The notes under the pieces are model-generated. The model saw nothing but the letters and a program-made list of their open reading frames with translations, was not told the origin of the DNA and searched no databases. From Thermodesulfobacteriota bacterium (GTDB lineage Bacteria > Desulfobacterota_D > UBA1144 > Nemesobacterales > Mycalebacteriaceae), in the NCBI GenBank assembly GCA_965226585.1, contig OZ245366.1, positions 1,248,001 to 1,312,000 of the forward strand: a stretch of DNA of 64,000 nt. The letters run 5' to 3'. Shown here in pieces: positions 17,235-27,917 of this stretch. The translations under genes were made by a program, and so were the position numbers. Positions within the stretch are counted from its first letter, which is position 1; each line of letters starts with the position of its first letter.

Positions 17235-18328
17235 GATGGCTTAAACACCTTCCTGACCGTCTTTCCGCCCATAACGGTCATCACCTCGTAAGGCACGGTG
17301 CCGGCCCACGCCGCCACATCGTCAACCGAAACGCGCCCGTCTCCGAAAAGAACCACCTCATCGCCCACGCAAACGCCGGGAATATCCGTTACGTCAACCG
17401 TTGTGGAGTCCATACAAACCTTTCCCGCCACCGGCGCGGCGGCTCCCCTCACCGATACGTTTGCGCGGTTTGAAAGCGCGCGGAAATAGCCGTCTTTATA
17501 TCCGGCGGGAACTGTTGCAAGCACAGACGGTTTTTTTGTTACAAATGTTCCGCCGTATCCTATGGGCTTGCCCGCCTCCACGCGCCTTATGTGCGCGACT
17601 GAAGTTTTTATGCTCATCACGGGCTCAAGCCCTTTTTTCTCAAACGAAGAGCCGTAGAGCATAATTCCGGGGCGCACGGCGTTTCCGAAAGATTCGGGAA
17701 ACCTTTGCACCGCCGCGCTGTTTGCCATGTGTTTTTGCGCCGCCGCCGCGCCGCAGTTTTCAAGGGTGGAAACTGCGCGGTTGAAACGGTCTATCTGCCC
17801 AAGTGTCGGCTCTTTTTCAGGGGCGGAAGAATAAGCGAGATGGGTAAAAACGCCGTCAAGCCGCAGGCTTTTCATTTCCCGCGCTTGCCGGGCGAGAGCG
17901 GCGGCTTCATCCTCCTCCGCGCCGAAACGCCCCATTCCCGTGTCTATTTTCAAATGAAAGCCAACCTGTTTTCCGTTCTTCGCCGCAGATGATGAAAGGG
18001 ATTTGAGGCAATCTGAAGTAAAAATGGAAAGCGTTATGTCCGCCTTTACAGACTGCTCAACCATCGCCCCCGGAACGGCTCCGAGAACAAGCACGGGAGC
18101 AGACACGCCCGATTCTCTCAATTCAAGTGCCTCCTCCATGGAGGAAACTCCAAGCATTGAAACTTGCGGGATTTGTTCAAGAACGCGGGATATTTCAACG
18201 GCTCCGTGTCCGTAAGCGTCCGCCTTGACGACCGCTATAATTCCGACATCGCCGCCAACCGTCCGCGCTGACAGTTCCACATTGTTTTTCAACGCATTTA
18301 AGTCAATTTCAGCCCATACACGGTTCAT
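17231..18328 (-). CDS. alr: Alanine racemase
   Basis: AVVKADAYGHG PLP-lysine motif, HLKIDTGMGR, VRPGIMLYG, GKVCMD. Confidence 0.97.
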   Translation of the reverse strand: MNRVWAEIDLNALKNNVELSARTVGGDVGIIAVVKADAYGHGAVEISRVLEQIPQVSMLGVSSMEEALELRESGVSAPVLVLGAVPGAMVEQSVKADITLSIFTSDCLKSLSSSAAKNGKQVGFHLKIDTGMGRFGAEEDEAAALARQAREMKSLRLDGVFTHLAYSSAPEKEPTLGQIDRFNRAVSTLENCGAAAAQKHMANSAAVQRFPESFGNAVRPGIMLYGSSFEKKGLEPVMSIKTSVAHIRRVEAGKPIGYGGTFVTKKPSVLATVPAGYKDGYFRALSNRANVSVRGAAAPVAGKVCMDSTTVDVTDIPGVCVGDEVVLFGDGRVSVDDVAAWAGTVPYEVMTVMGGKTVRKVFKPS

Positions 18329-18414
18329 TAAATAACAAGGCGCTGCGGGAGATTAAAGGCCTCTGATTATGATAAGATACCACTTCAAGGAAAGCAACAG
18401 GACACCCCGCCAAT

Positions 18415-19575
18415 ATGAACCCCGCCGAGGCGAGATCAACTCAGATAATAGGAATTGTGCTTGCGACCCGTCTGCTGGGAATTTTTCTCATACTTCCGGT
18501 TTTCAGCCCCTATGTGATTGACTATCCCGGCTCATCTCACTTTCTCGCCGGTCTCGCGTTCGGAATGTACGCCCTCACACAGGCGGCTTTACAAATTCCA
18601 TTCGGACGCGCAAGCGACAGGTTCGGGAGAAAGCCCGTTATTGTGGCGGGATTGATGATTTTCTGCGCGGGAAGCGTCTGGTGCGGACTTGCGGACGGAA
18701 TATGGGAATTTGTCGCCGCACGGTCGCTTCAAGGTTGCGGCGCGGTCGGTTCCGTGGCAATTGCCGCCCTGGGAGACTCCACCAGACCGCAAGTGCGCGG
18801 ACAGTGCTTTGCGGTAACGGGAATTATCATCGGGGCGAGTTTTATGGTGTCTATTGTCGCGGGTCCCGCCCTTGTGTCGTGGATTGATTTTCAGGGGCTT
18901 TTCTACATAACGGCGGCGCTTGGAGCGGCGGCGGCGGTTATAACCCTGCTGTTTTTTCCCGAAACGGAAAAGATGCCTGAGCGGTCGCGTGAGGGAGTTC
19001 TGTCTGTTTTGCGGAGACGGGGGGCGAGAAAAATTCTGCTCGGCGCGTTTTTCCTGTCGTCTGTTTTGAGCATATTTCTTTTTGTGTTTCCGCTTAACTG
19101 GGAAGAATCCGCCGGAGGGGAAATCTCGCGCATCTGGACGGCGTATCTTGCCGCGCTCGCTCCCGCCGCGCTGATTACTTATCCGTTTGTGAAACTGATG
19201 GAAAAGCGCGGCACGATGAACATACCGCCGTCTGTGGCGATGGTTCTGCTCGGCGCGGGAACGGCGGCGGCAATGGCAAGCGGCGGAAAAGCGGGAATGA
19301 TAGCGGCGGGCGCGGCGTTTTTTCTGGGTCATTCCATATTTCAGACGCTTCTGCCCACCTTTCTCACAAGCATCGTTCCCGAAGGCGAGAGGGGAAACGC
19401 GAGCGGTTTTCTCAATCTTGCGGGATTTTCAGGGGCTTTTGCCGGAAGCGCGCTCGCGGGGCTTCTCTATGCGGCGGGAGCGGGCGCGGCTCTGGCTTTG
19501 TGTCTGGCGCTGATAGCGATATGGTTCTTTGCGGGCGCGCCTGAGCCGCCCGAAGCGGAGGCGGACAAAGCATGA
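18415..19575 (+). CDS. MFS transporter (YajR-like)
   Basis: R.LGIFLILPVF, GLAFGMYALTQA.LQIPFG..SDRFGRKPVI; about 12 hydrophobic segments. Confidence 0.88.
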   Translation: MNPAEARSTQIIGIVLATRLLGIFLILPVFSPYVIDYPGSSHFLAGLAFGMYALTQAALQIPFGRASDRFGRKPVIVAGLMIFCAGSVWCGLADGIWEFVAARSLQGCGAVGSVAIAALGDSTRPQVRGQCFAVTGIIIGASFMVSIVAGPALVSWIDFQGLFYITAALGAAAAVITLLFFPETEKMPERSREGVLSVLRRRGARKILLGAFFLSSVLSIFLFVFPLNWEESAGGEISRIWTAYLAALAPAALITYPFVKLMEKRGTMNIPPSVAMVLLGAGTAAAMASGGKAGMIAAGAAFFLGHSIFQTLLPTFLTSIVPEGERGNASGFLNLAGFSGAFAGSALAGLLYAAGAGAALALCLALIAIWFFAGAPEPPEAEADKA

Positions 19576-20462
19576 CTTTTGAACGGATTTATTCGGGAAA
19601 CAAATCAGGCGGCAAACCCGTCATATCGTTTGAAATCTTTCCCCCGAAAACACCTGAGGGAATGGACAACCTTTCCCGCACTCTGGACGAACTCGCCGCC
19701 CTTTCGCCGGGATTCATATCGGTTACCTACGGCGCGATGGGAACAACGAGGGAAAACAGTTTTGAAATCGCCTCGCGCATAAAAGAGATGGGAATTGAGA
19801 CGGCGAGCCACCTGACTTGTGTCGGCTCTTCAAGCGGCGAAATAGAGCGGATATTGGGCGAACTGCGCGAACGCGGGATAGAAAACATAGTCGCGCTGAG
19901 AGGCGACCCGCCCGGCGGAGGAGGAAGCTTTGTCGCGGAAAACGGCGGATACAGTTACGCAAACGAACTGGTAAGCCACATTCGGGATTTTGACAAAAGG
20001 GGCGGCGGCAAAAGTTTCGGGGTCGCCGTTGCGGGCTATCCTGAAAAGCATACCGAAGCGGAGTCTCTTGAAAAAGACATAGAAAACCTCGCGAAAAAAA
20101 CACGCGCCGGGGCGGACGCTGTCATCACACAGCTTTTTTATGACAACGCTTTCTATTTTGACTACCTTCAAAAAGCGCGGAGCGCGGGCATAGAAACGCC
20201 CGTTGTGCCGGGTCTTATGCCGATAGTGTCTGCAAAGCAGGTGGTGAAAATAACTTCAATGTGCGGCAGTTCCATACCGAAAGGGATTATGGCGCGGCTT
20301 GAGGAATGTGAGAAAGAAAACCGGAGCGCGGAGGATGTGGGGGTAAACGTTTGCGCGGCGCAGGCTGAGGAACTTCTGGAAAAAGGCGCGCCGGGAATAC
20401 ACTTTTACGTTCTCAACAGAGCGGCGCAGGTGAAAGCCGTTTTGAACCGGCTCGGTTTATAA
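19572..20462 (+). CDS. metF: 5,10-methylenetetrahydrofolate reductase
   Basis: SFEIFPPK, SVTYGAMG, ALRGDPP, AGYPEKH, ITQLFYD, HFYVLN. Confidence 0.96.
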   Translation: MTFERIYSGNKSGGKPVISFEIFPPKTPEGMDNLSRTLDELAALSPGFISVTYGAMGTTRENSFEIASRIKEMGIETASHLTCVGSSSGEIERILGELRERGIENIVALRGDPPGGGGSFVAENGGYSYANELVSHIRDFDKRGGGKSFGVAVAGYPEKHTEAESLEKDIENLAKKTRAGADAVITQLFYDNAFYFDYLQKARSAGIETPVVPGLMPIVSAKQVVKITSMCGSSIPKGIMARLEECEKENRSAEDVGVNVCAAQAEELLEKGAPGIHFYVLNRAAQVKAVLNRLGL

Positions 20463-20470
20463 ATCAGCCG

Positions 20471-21100
20471 TCAGGGGGCGAGACGCTCAACAACCCATCC
20501 GCCGCCGCCCATGCGGTAGCGGATTCTGTCGTGCATCCGGTTTTTTCTTCCCTGCCAGAACTCAAAAACGGAGGGAACAACGCGGTAGCCTTCCCAAAAC
20601 GGCGGACGGGGAACCTTGTCCGTATTTTTGAATTCCTTTTCTCTTTGGGCAAACAACTCGTCAAGCTCGCTTCTGTCGTTCACAACCTCGCCCTGCGGCG
20701 AAGCCCACGCCCCTATCGCGCTCATCCGGGGTCTTGTGGCGAAATAGGCATCCGCCTCCTTGTCTCCGACCTTTTCCACTTTGCCCTCAACTCGCACCTG
20801 CCTTTCCATGGACACCCAGAAAAAACACATTGCGGCGCGGGGGGCGGATTTGAGTTCCGCGCCTTTTCTGCTGAGAGAGTTTGTGTAGAAAACAAACCCG
20901 CTTTTGTCCGCCCCTTTGAGAAGAAGCGTTCTTGATGACGGATTTCCGCCCGCGGCGGTTGAAAGCGTAAAGGCGTTTGGAAGGTCTATCCCAGCATTTT
21001 TCGCGTCTGTGTACCAGAGGTCGAACTGCTCAAAAGGGTCTTTTGAAACGCCGTTTTCATCAAGTGTCATAAGGTTGTATTGCCTGTCTGTTTTTGTCAT
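20471..21100 (-). CDS. pdxH: Pyridoxamine 5'-phosphate oxidase
   Basis: RTLLLK, FYTN..SRKG, RQVRVEG, IGAWASPQ, EFWQGR..RMHDR. Confidence 0.96.
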   Translation of the reverse strand: MTKTDRQYNLMTLDENGVSKDPFEQFDLWYTDAKNAGIDLPNAFTLSTAAGGNPSSRTLLLKGADKSGFVFYTNSLSRKGAELKSAPRAAMCFFWVSMERQVRVEGKVEKVGDKEADAYFATRPRMSAIGAWASPQGEVVNDRSELDELFAQREKEFKNTDKVPRPPFWEGYRVVPSVFEFWQGRKNRMHDRIRYRMGGGGWVVERLAP

Positions 21101-21969
21101 CAGCCGCCACCGCTTAATTCGGAAAGCAGAAATTCGTCAAGGTTTTCGTCTTCAAACTCAAAACCCGCGTCCGCCAGTTTGCCCGGAACCGCCCTCGCGC
21201 TCGCGGTAATAACTTCCCCGCCCATCTCACCGAAAACAAGTTTTATAATCCCCGCAGGCACGGAAAGAAAAACCTTTCGCCCCACGGCGCGCGCAACGGC
21301 GCGAGTGAATTCGCGGTTTGTTGCCGGCGAGGGCGACACGATATTCACCGCCCCCGAAACAGTCTCGTTTTCCATCGCAAACTCCATCGCCCTCACCGCG
21401 TCTTTTAACGATATCCACCCCATATAGCCGCTTCCGTCTCCCGCCACCGCGCCAAGCCCAAGTTTGAAGGGCAGTTTCATAGTTTTAAGCGCGCCGCCCT
21501 TTGATGAGAGGACGATGCCGAACCGCAAATTCACAACCCTTACAGAAGGCGGAACCTCTTTTGCGGCGGCTTCCCACCTGCCCGCGACACGGGCAAGAAA
21601 ACCCTCTCCCTCCGCGCTTTGCTCGTTTAGAATCTCATCCGCCCTGCTTCCGTAAAACCCCGTGGCGGAAGCGCAGAGAAACACCTTCGGCGGTCTGTTG
21701 AGACGCGAAAAGACAGACGCCAAATAACTCGCGCTCTCAACCCTGCTGTTCTCAATCTCTTTTTTGACTGATGAGTTCCACCTTCGCATTATGCCGTATC
21801 CGCAAAGGTTGACCGCCGCGTCCGCGCCCTCAAAATCCGCGTCATGGAAAAACGGACTGCCGCCCCGCATGTTTCTTTCAAGACGCTCAACATCGTGCCC
21901 CCGCGCCTCAAGAGAGGCGGCAAAAGCCGAGCCTATCAGACCGCCGGAACCGGAAATCAGCACTCTCAC
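21100..21969 (-). CDS. TIGR01777/YfcH-family NAD-dependent epimerase
   Basis: VLISGSGGLIG, SASATGFYG-like motif, LRFGIVLS..GGAL, LGLG...G.G...MGWI. Confidence 0.88.
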   Translation of the reverse strand: MRVLISGSGGLIGSAFAASLEARGHDVERLERNMRGGSPFFHDADFEGADAAVNLCGYGIMRRWNSSVKKEIENSRVESASYLASVFSRLNRPPKVFLCASATGFYGSRADEILNEQSAEGEGFLARVAGRWEAAAKEVPPSVRVVNLRFGIVLSSKGGALKTMKLPFKLGLGAVAGDGSGYMGWISLKDAVRAMEFAMENETVSGAVNIVSPSPATNREFTRAVARAVGRKVFLSVPAGIIKLVFGEMGGEVITASARAVPGKLADAGFEFEDENLDEFLLSELSGGG

Positions 21970-22010
21970 AGTTTTTCAATACTGTTTGATAAAGGGCGGG
22001 AAAGCAAACA

Positions 22011-23039
22011 TCAGCGGGAGCCGAATGCGTCTATTATGCGCCCCTGATACATGGCGACCTGTTCGGGCGAAAGGTAGTAATGCGGCGCGCTCAGTATCGG
22101 CAAGTCAACATAAGCGGCGCACTCCTCAATCCTGTCTCTGCACTGCCGTGCCGTGCCGACAACGGCAAAGGTTTCAAGCATCTCGTCGCTAACATTTTCT
22201 ATCATCGCTTCGATGTCTCCGCTGAAATAGGCGTCACGTATCTTTTCCGCCACATCCGCGAATCCGTGCAATTTGAACGGCTCTCTGTAAGTTTTGACTG
22301 TGGCGTAGAACGCGACTGTGGCTTTTGCGGCTCTACGGGTTTGCTCAACATCGCTGTCACCGCAAACGGCGCAGATAAAGATGGTTGACAGGGTAAAGTT
22401 CGCACGGTCTCGCCCCGATTGTGAAAGACCTTCAAGCAGGGCGGGAAGAACCCGCTCTTTTGTGTATTTTTCCGTGCAGACGATATGCCCTATGTATCCG
22501 TCAGCGGAACGGGCGGATTCCCGCGCCATATTTTCCCCGACCGCGGCGAGAAAAACCGGCACTTCCTCGCGGACGGGCTTAAACGGTCTTCTGAAACCTT
22601 TGATGTTGATGTTGTAGTGTTCGCCCTCATACACAACATCCGCCCCCTTGTGAGAGCCGGAAATGACGCGCCGTGCGATTTCAACGCACTCCCTGATTCT
22701 CGCCACCGGTTTGCCGTGCGTTTGTCCGTGCCACATCTCGTTTGTTCGCCGCGCCCCGGAGCCCAGCCCAAGTATCAAACGACCGCCGGACGCTTCGTCC
22801 AAGTCCATCGCGCTTATCGCCGTTATAAGCGGGCTTCGCACAAACGCGAGCGCGACTGATGTGCCAAGTTTAATTTTTGAGGTCGCGGGCGCGATAGCCG
22901 CGAGTTGCTGAAACGCTGTTCTGTAAAGTTCGGTTGTCCAGACGGAATGAAAACCCGCATTTTCCGCCGCGCGGGAGACTTCAACGATTTCCCTTATGGA
23001 GTGAGAGTCAACTATCAGTCCGAGGGGAATGTTTTTCAC
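22011..23039 (-). CDS. LLM-class flavin (possibly F420)-dependent oxidoreductase
   Basis: AENAGFHSVWTTE, IKLGTSVALAFVRSP, LDEASGGRLILGLG. Confidence 0.88.
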   Translation of the reverse strand: MKNIPLGLIVDSHSIREIVEVSRAAENAGFHSVWTTELYRTAFQQLAAIAPATSKIKLGTSVALAFVRSPLITAISAMDLDEASGGRLILGLGSGARRTNEMWHGQTHGKPVARIRECVEIARRVISGSHKGADVVYEGEHYNINIKGFRRPFKPVREEVPVFLAAVGENMARESARSADGYIGHIVCTEKYTKERVLPALLEGLSQSGRDRANFTLSTIFICAVCGDSDVEQTRRAAKATVAFYATVKTYREPFKLHGFADVAEKIRDAYFSGDIEAMIENVSDEMLETFAVVGTARQCRDRIEECAAYVDLPILSAPHYYLSPEQVAMYQGRIIDAFGSR

Positions 23040-23623
23040 TCTTTCTTCTCTTTGTTGTCCTTATCTGCGGAAGAGTCAGCCGGCGGCGTTTCCGCTTTGG
23101 TTTCCTGCTCTGTCTCCGCCTTCGCTTCTTTCGCTTCTTCTTGCGCCTCCGCCGCTTTGTTTTCTTCCGCCTTCTCGTCTTTCGGCGGCGGCGCGGGAAG
23201 GTTTGATTTGCGCGGTGTTTTCTCGCGTGCGGACGGTTTGTATTCTTCCGCTACCAGTTCTATCCGCGAAACGGGTGCTTGGTCGCCCCTGCGGAATCCG
23301 AGGCTCACTATCCTTGAGTATCCGCCCGGACGCTGTTTGTATCTTTCCGCTATCTCGGTGAAAACCTTGCGCGCGACCTGCTTGTCTGTGATACAGCCGA
23401 ATATGCGTCTTTTGTAGGAAAGCCCGTCGCCCGCCGCGCTATCTTTCGCGCCGTTTTTGGCGATGGTGATGATTTTGTCCGCGAAACGTTTGAGTTCTTT
23501 GGCTTTTACGTCAGTCGTCTGTATTTTCTCGTGACGGAACAACTCTGTGGCGAGGTTTCTTAACATCGCCTTTCTGTGCTTGGTCGTTACGCCAAGTTTT
23601 CTTCCCAGTCTTCTGTTTCTCAT
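23036..23623 (-). CDS. rplQ: 50S ribosomal protein L17 with long low-complexity C-terminal tail
   Basis: GRKLG...HRKAMLRNL, RPGGYSRI, RRGDQAP. Confidence 0.96.
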   Translation of the reverse strand: MRNRRLGRKLGVTTKHRKAMLRNLATELFRHEKIQTTDVKAKELKRFADKIITIAKNGAKDSAAGDGLSYKRRIFGCITDKQVARKVFTEIAERYKQRPGGYSRIVSLGFRRGDQAPVSRIELVAEEYKPSAREKTPRKSNLPAPPPKDEKAEENKAAEAQEEAKEAKAETEQETKAETPPADSSADKDNKEKKE

Positions 23624-23652
23624 TTCTCAAACTTCCCGTATCCCTGACAGTT

Positions 23653-24681
23653 TTATGACTTGGCTACGCTTTCCCTCTTTCTGTCGTAAATCTCGCGGTT
23701 GATTTTCATGTCAAGAGACATGGACGGCGAGAGTGTTTTGAGTTTCGCGCGCACATCGTCAAGGGAACTTTTGCCAAAACTCGGAAGGTTGAGCAGTTCG
23801 CCTTCGGTTTTCTGAATCAGGTCGCCGACAAACTCTATCTGCGCCCCCATCAGGCAGTTGAGCGAACGGACGGAGAAATCCACCTCGTCAAGCGGGGTGA
23901 ACAGAATGTCTTCATCACCCTTTACGGTGTATGCCTCTTCGGTCTCCTCCTCCTGATCCTGTTTCTGGTCGTCAAAGTTGATGAACTTCTCAAGTTGGTG
24001 GTTGATTATCTTCGCCGCGTACGCGAGCGCGTCTTCGGAAAGCACCGAACCCTTTGTCCACATCTCTATCACGAGGTTTTCGTAGTCGGTTTTCCTGCCG
24101 ACACGCGCGTTTTTGATTGTGTAGTTCACCTTCGTAACCGGAGAGAAGAACGCGTCTATCGGAAGGTATTCCTCGCCCATTGAACGCGGGTTTTCCCTTT
24201 CCTCAACGGGCTGATAGCCCCTGCCGGTTTCAATGACAAGACTCATCTCAACCTTCGTTTTGTCCGACACGGTTGCTATGAAGTGGTCGCCGTTTAGAAC
24301 CTCAACCTTGTCGGTTGATTTTATGTCCGCCGCCGTTATCTCGCCGGGACCCTGAAAAACAAGGTCAAGCACCTGCGGTTCTGCGGTTGTCGCCTTGAAG
24401 TTGACACCTTTGAAGTTGATGAGGATTTCCGTAACATCCTCCACAACTCCCGATATTGAGGTGAATTCGTGAAGAATGCCCTCTATCTTTACCGCCGTGA
24501 TGGCGGGACCTTGCAGTGATGAGAGAAGAACTCGTCTGAGCGCGTTTCCCACCGTAACGCCGTAACCCCTTTCCAGCGGCTCAAAGCTGAACTTTGAGTA
24601 GAAAGGTGTAGCCGTCTTTTCGTCCTTTTGAACCTTTTTAGGTCTTACAAGTGTCGTCCAGTTATTTTGAAAATCTTTCAA
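23653..24681 (-). CDS. rpoA: RNA polymerase alpha subunit
   Basis: EPLERGYGVTVGNALRRVLLSSL, ARVGRKTDY, FSVRSLNCL. Confidence 0.98.
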   Translation of the reverse strand: MKDFQNNWTTLVRPKKVQKDEKTATPFYSKFSFEPLERGYGVTVGNALRRVLLSSLQGPAITAVKIEGILHEFTSISGVVEDVTEILINFKGVNFKATTAEPQVLDLVFQGPGEITAADIKSTDKVEVLNGDHFIATVSDKTKVEMSLVIETGRGYQPVEERENPRSMGEEYLPIDAFFSPVTKVNYTIKNARVGRKTDYENLVIEMWTKGSVLSEDALAYAAKIINHQLEKFINFDDQKQDQEEETEEAYTVKGDEDILFTPLDEVDFSVRSLNCLMGAQIEFVGDLIQKTEGELLNLPSFGKSSLDDVRAKLKTLSPSMSLDMKINREIYDRKRESVAKS

Positions 24682-24741
24682 ATTCAGCCCTCCGCTTCAA
24701 TTCCTCTAAAATTCGCCCGCTCTTTTGAACGGGACTTTTCA

Positions 24742-25374
24742 TTAAACCCTTGAGTAGAATTCAACAATCAGGTTCTCGCTAATCGGAACCTGAACGTCTT
24801 CCCTCTCGGGCCTCCTGCTTACCGTTCCCTTGTATTTCTCCCTGTCCAGATTCAGCCACGCGGGAATGCCCTTCTTTTCGGAAACCCCCAGAGATTTGTT
24901 TATGCTCGGCATTTGTCTGCTCCGCTCCCGTATCTCCACAATACTGTCAGGCTGAACCCTGTATGACGCGACATCCACGCGGCTGCCGTCAACGGTGATG
25001 TGTCCAAGGTTCACAAGTTGGCGAGCTTCGTTGCGCGATGAGGCAAATCCGAGCCGGAACACAACGTTGTCAAGCCGCGTTTCTATGATGGAAAGAAGCA
25101 GGGAGCCGGTTACGCCCCTTGTTCTCACCGCTTCGCGGAAGTAAATCTTGAACTGCCTCTCCGTTACGCCGTAAATCCTTCTGGCTTTCTGTTTTTCCCT
25201 CAAACGCAGACCGTATTCCGTAACCCTTCTGCGTATCCTCTTGCCCTGCATTCCGGGCGGATACGGCTTTCTCTCAATGGCGCACTTGCTCGTAAGGCAT
25301 CTTTCGCCCTTGAGGAAAAGCTTTTCGCCTTCCCGCCTGCAAAGTTTGCAAACTGCTCCCGTGTATCTTGACAT
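24742..25374 (-). CDS. rpsD: 30S ribosomal protein S4
   Basis: MSRYTG..CKLCRREG, LREKQK, ETRLDNVVFRLG. Confidence 0.98.
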   Translation of the reverse strand: MSRYTGAVCKLCRREGEKLFLKGERCLTSKCAIERKPYPPGMQGKRIRRRVTEYGLRLREKQKARRIYGVTERQFKIYFREAVRTRGVTGSLLLSIIETRLDNVVFRLGFASSRNEARQLVNLGHITVDGSRVDVASYRVQPDSIVEIRERSRQMPSINKSLGVSEKKGIPAWLNLDREKYKGTVSRRPEREDVQVPISENLIVEFYSRV

Positions 25375-25392
25375 ATCTTTTTTGTCTCCCGC

Positions 25393-25776
25393 CTATACCC
25401 TTCTCTTGCCCGGAGGTCTGCATCCGTTGTGGGGAATCGGGGTAACGTCTCTAATTGAGGCGACCCTTATGCCCGCCGTCTGGATTGACCTTATCGCGGA
25501 CTCTCTTCCGGGTCCGGGTCCTCTCACGTAAACGCGGGCGGTTTTCATTCCCGAACCGATTGCCCTTTTCGCAACATCTTCGGCGGCTATCTGAGCCGCA
25601 AACGGTGTTCCCTTCCTCGTGCCCTTGAAGCCTCTCGCGCCGCCGCTTGACCACGCGATAACATCTCCCTGAGGGTCTGATATTGTGATAATCGTGTTGC
25701 TGAAAGTGGCGTGTATGTTTATCACGCCGTCTTCAACAGATCTTTTTATCTTCTTTTTTGTTTTCTTTTTAGCCAT
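25393..25776 (-). CDS. rpsK: 30S ribosomal protein S11
   Basis: [33 protein letters not shown]. Confidence 0.98.
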   Translation of the reverse strand: MAKKKTKKKIKRSVEDGVINIHATFSNTIITISDPQGDVIAWSSGGARGFKGTRKGTPFAAQIAAEDVAKRAIGSGMKTARVYVRGPGPGRESAIRSIQTAGIRVASIRDVTPIPHNGCRPPGKRRV

Positions 25777-25795
25777 TGTTAACTAATCCCGTTTC

Positions 25796-26176
25796 CTATT
25801 TGCCAACCTTCTTCTTCTTCGCTATCGCCGTGCCGCGCGGACCTTTTCTGGTTCTCGCGTTCGCCTTTGTTTTCTGCCCGCGAACGGGAAGCCCGGTGCG
25901 ATGCCGGACGCCTCTGTAACAGCCAATCTCCACAAGGCGTTTGATGTTCATCTGCACATCTTTGCGGAGGTCTCCCTCAACAACGCAGTTTTGTTCTATA
26001 AAAAGCCGTATGTTCGTTACTTCCTTTTCGTCCAGATCTTTCGCCCTTTTTGTCGGGTCTATGTTGAGCGATTTCACTATTCCGGCGGCGGTAGTTCTGC
26101 CTATCCCGAATATGTAAGTCAGGGAAAACTCCACCCTCTTGTTCAGGGGAATGTCAACGCCGGCTATTCTGGGCAT
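25796..26176 (-). CDS. rpsM: 30S ribosomal protein S13
   Basis: [31 protein letters not shown]. Confidence 0.98.
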   Translation of the reverse strand: MPRIAGVDIPLNKRVEFSLTYIFGIGRTTAAGIVKSLNIDPTKRAKDLDEKEVTNIRLFIEQNCVVEGDLRKDVQMNIKRLVEIGCYRGVRHRTGLPVRGQKTKANARTRKGPRGTAIAKKKKVGK

Positions 26177-26183
26177 ATCCCGT

Positions 26184-26297
26184 TCACCCCTGCCTCTGCT
26201 TGCAACGCTTGTTGACGCAGATGACCCTCACAACTCCTCTGCGTTTTATAAGCCTGCATTTGTTGCAAATTTTCTTTACCGATGACCTTACTTTCAA
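26184..26297 (-). CDS. rpmJ: 50S ribosomal protein L36 (37 aa, not in the ORF track)
   Basis: Manual translation from [40 protein letters not shown]; canonical position between infA and rpsM. Confidence 0.96.
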   Translation of the reverse strand: MKVRSSVKKICNKCRLIKRRGVVRVICVNKRCKQRQG

Positions 26298-26536
26298 TTT
26301 ACTCTCTCCGGTCTCATTCTGTACGTAATCCTGCCCCTTGAAAGGTCGTAGGGCGATATCTCAATCTTTACCTTGTCTCCGGGAACTATTCTCACAAACC
26401 TCGATCTTGCCCTTCTCATTTTACCTGAAACATAGGCAAGCACACGCGAACCGTTTTGCATCTCAACCCTGAACATCGCGTTGGGCAATGCCTCAACAAC
26501 CGTTCCTTCAAACTCTACCGCGTCATTCTTTCCCAT
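26294..26536 (-). CDS. infA: Translation initiation factor IF-1
   Basis: [37 protein letters not shown]. Confidence 0.97.
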   Translation of the reverse strand: MGKNDAVEFEGTVVEALPNAMFRVEMQNGSRVLAYVSGKMRRARSRFVRIVPGDKVKIEISPYDLSRGRITYRMRPERVN

Positions 26537-26558
26537 AAATATCTCTTTCCGTTCCCTC

Positions 26559-27332
26559 TCAGTTAAACATCGTCAGCACTTCGGGACCGTTTTCCGTGAT
26601 GGCGACTGTGTGCTCAAAATGAACGGACATTTTACCATCACTTGTAACAACAGTCCAATTATCCGGCAAAGTTTTTACATCGGGAGACCCCTCGTTCACC
26701 ATCGGCTCTATCGCGAGAGCCATACCGGGACGCAAAAGCGCGCCGCCTGAACCGTCTCCTCCGGGCGGAACAAAGTTGGGAACCTGCGGCTCTTCGTGAA
26801 GTTTTTTCCCTATGCCGTGACCCACAAAAGCCTTGACGACAGAAAAACCGTTTTTTTCCACATGGCTCTGTATCGCCCCCGATATGCCGTAAAGACGGGC
26901 GGATGGGCGCGCCTTTTCTATGCCTCTCTCAAGCGACTCTTTTGCGATTTTCATTAGACGCTCTCTGCCCGGAGCAACGCGCCCGACCGGAACGGTGATG
27001 GCGGAATCTCCGTGAAACCCTTTTACAACCGCACCGAAATCCATTCCCACTATGTCGCCCTCTTTAAGAACCCTGTCTTTTGACGGTATGCCGTGAACAA
27101 CCTCTTCGTTGACGGCAACGCACACCGAGCACGGAAAGTTCATATACCCTTTGAACGCGGGACGCGCCGACCGTTTTTCGGCAATCTCTTCAGCAACGCG
27201 GTTGAGTTCCCACGTGGAAACACCGTCTCTCGCGGTTTCGCTCAATGTTTCAAGAACCTCTGAAACAACAGCCGCCGCCGCTTTCATGCCATCCAGTTTC
27301 TCTTTTATCTCGCTTGACGTCATCTTCTTCAC
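26559..27332 (-). CDS. map: Methionine aminopeptidase type I
   Basis: [40 protein letters not shown]. Confidence 0.97.
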   Translation of the reverse strand: MKKMTSSEIKEKLDGMKAAAAVVSEVLETLSETARDGVSTWELNRVAEEIAEKRSARPAFKGYMNFPCSVCVAVNEEVVHGIPSKDRVLKEGDIVGMDFGAVVKGFHGDSAITVPVGRVAPGRERLMKIAKESLERGIEKARPSARLYGISGAIQSHVEKNGFSVVKAFVGHGIGKKLHEEPQVPNFVPPGGDGSGGALLRPGMALAIEPMVNEGSPDVKTLPDNWTVVTSDGKMSVHFEHTVAITENGPEVLTMFN

Positions 27333-27892
27333 AGCAAGGAAACCACCGAGTCTATCCTCCCCCTGACTTCCTCAATCGCGCCGGTTCCGTCTATGCCGTG
27401 AAAAACCCCTCTGGATTTGTAGTAATCGGCAAGCGGAAGGGTCTGCTCGCGGTACACGTCAAGACGTTTGCGGATAACGGATTCGTTGTCGTCTGTCCGC
27501 CCCTCAATCTCCGCCCTTTTCAAAAGCCGCTCAACCACCTCGCTCTCGTTCACTTCAAGAGAGATAACGGCTGAAATCTTCATTCCCTGTTTTTCAAGCA
27601 TCTCGTCAAGGGCGCACGCCTGCGCGGTGGTTCGCGGAAAACCGTCAAGAAGAAAACCCCCGCCGCCAAGCGCGTCCGTTTTCTGCCTGATAATCTCTAT
27701 CACCACCTCATCGGGAACCAGTTTGCCCTCGTCCATATAAGTTTTCGCCATAAGCCCCGTTTCGGTTTCGTTTTTGACCGCCTCCCTCAGAAGGTCGCCC
27801 GTTGATATGTGCGCCGTGCCGCGGGCACTCACTATGAAATCCGCCTGTGTTCCTTTTCCCGCTCCCGGCGGTCCGAATATTATCAGATTCAT
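27329..27892 (-). CDS. adk: Adenylate kinase (short-LID type)
   Basis: MNLIIFGPPGAGKGTQ, HISTGDLLR, LDGFPRT, GRTDDNE; start placed at ATG 27892. Confidence 0.96.
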   Translation of the reverse strand: MNLIIFGPPGAGKGTQADFIVSARGTAHISTGDLLREAVKNETETGLMAKTYMDEGKLVPDEVVIEIIRQKTDALGGGGFLLDGFPRTTAQACALDEMLEKQGMKISAVISLEVNESEVVERLLKRAEIEGRTDDNESVIRKRLDVYREQTLPLADYYKSRGVFHGIDGTGAIEEVRGRIDSVVSLL

Positions 27893-27917
27893 TTTCCGTC
27901 CTCTCCCGTGTTTTTTC

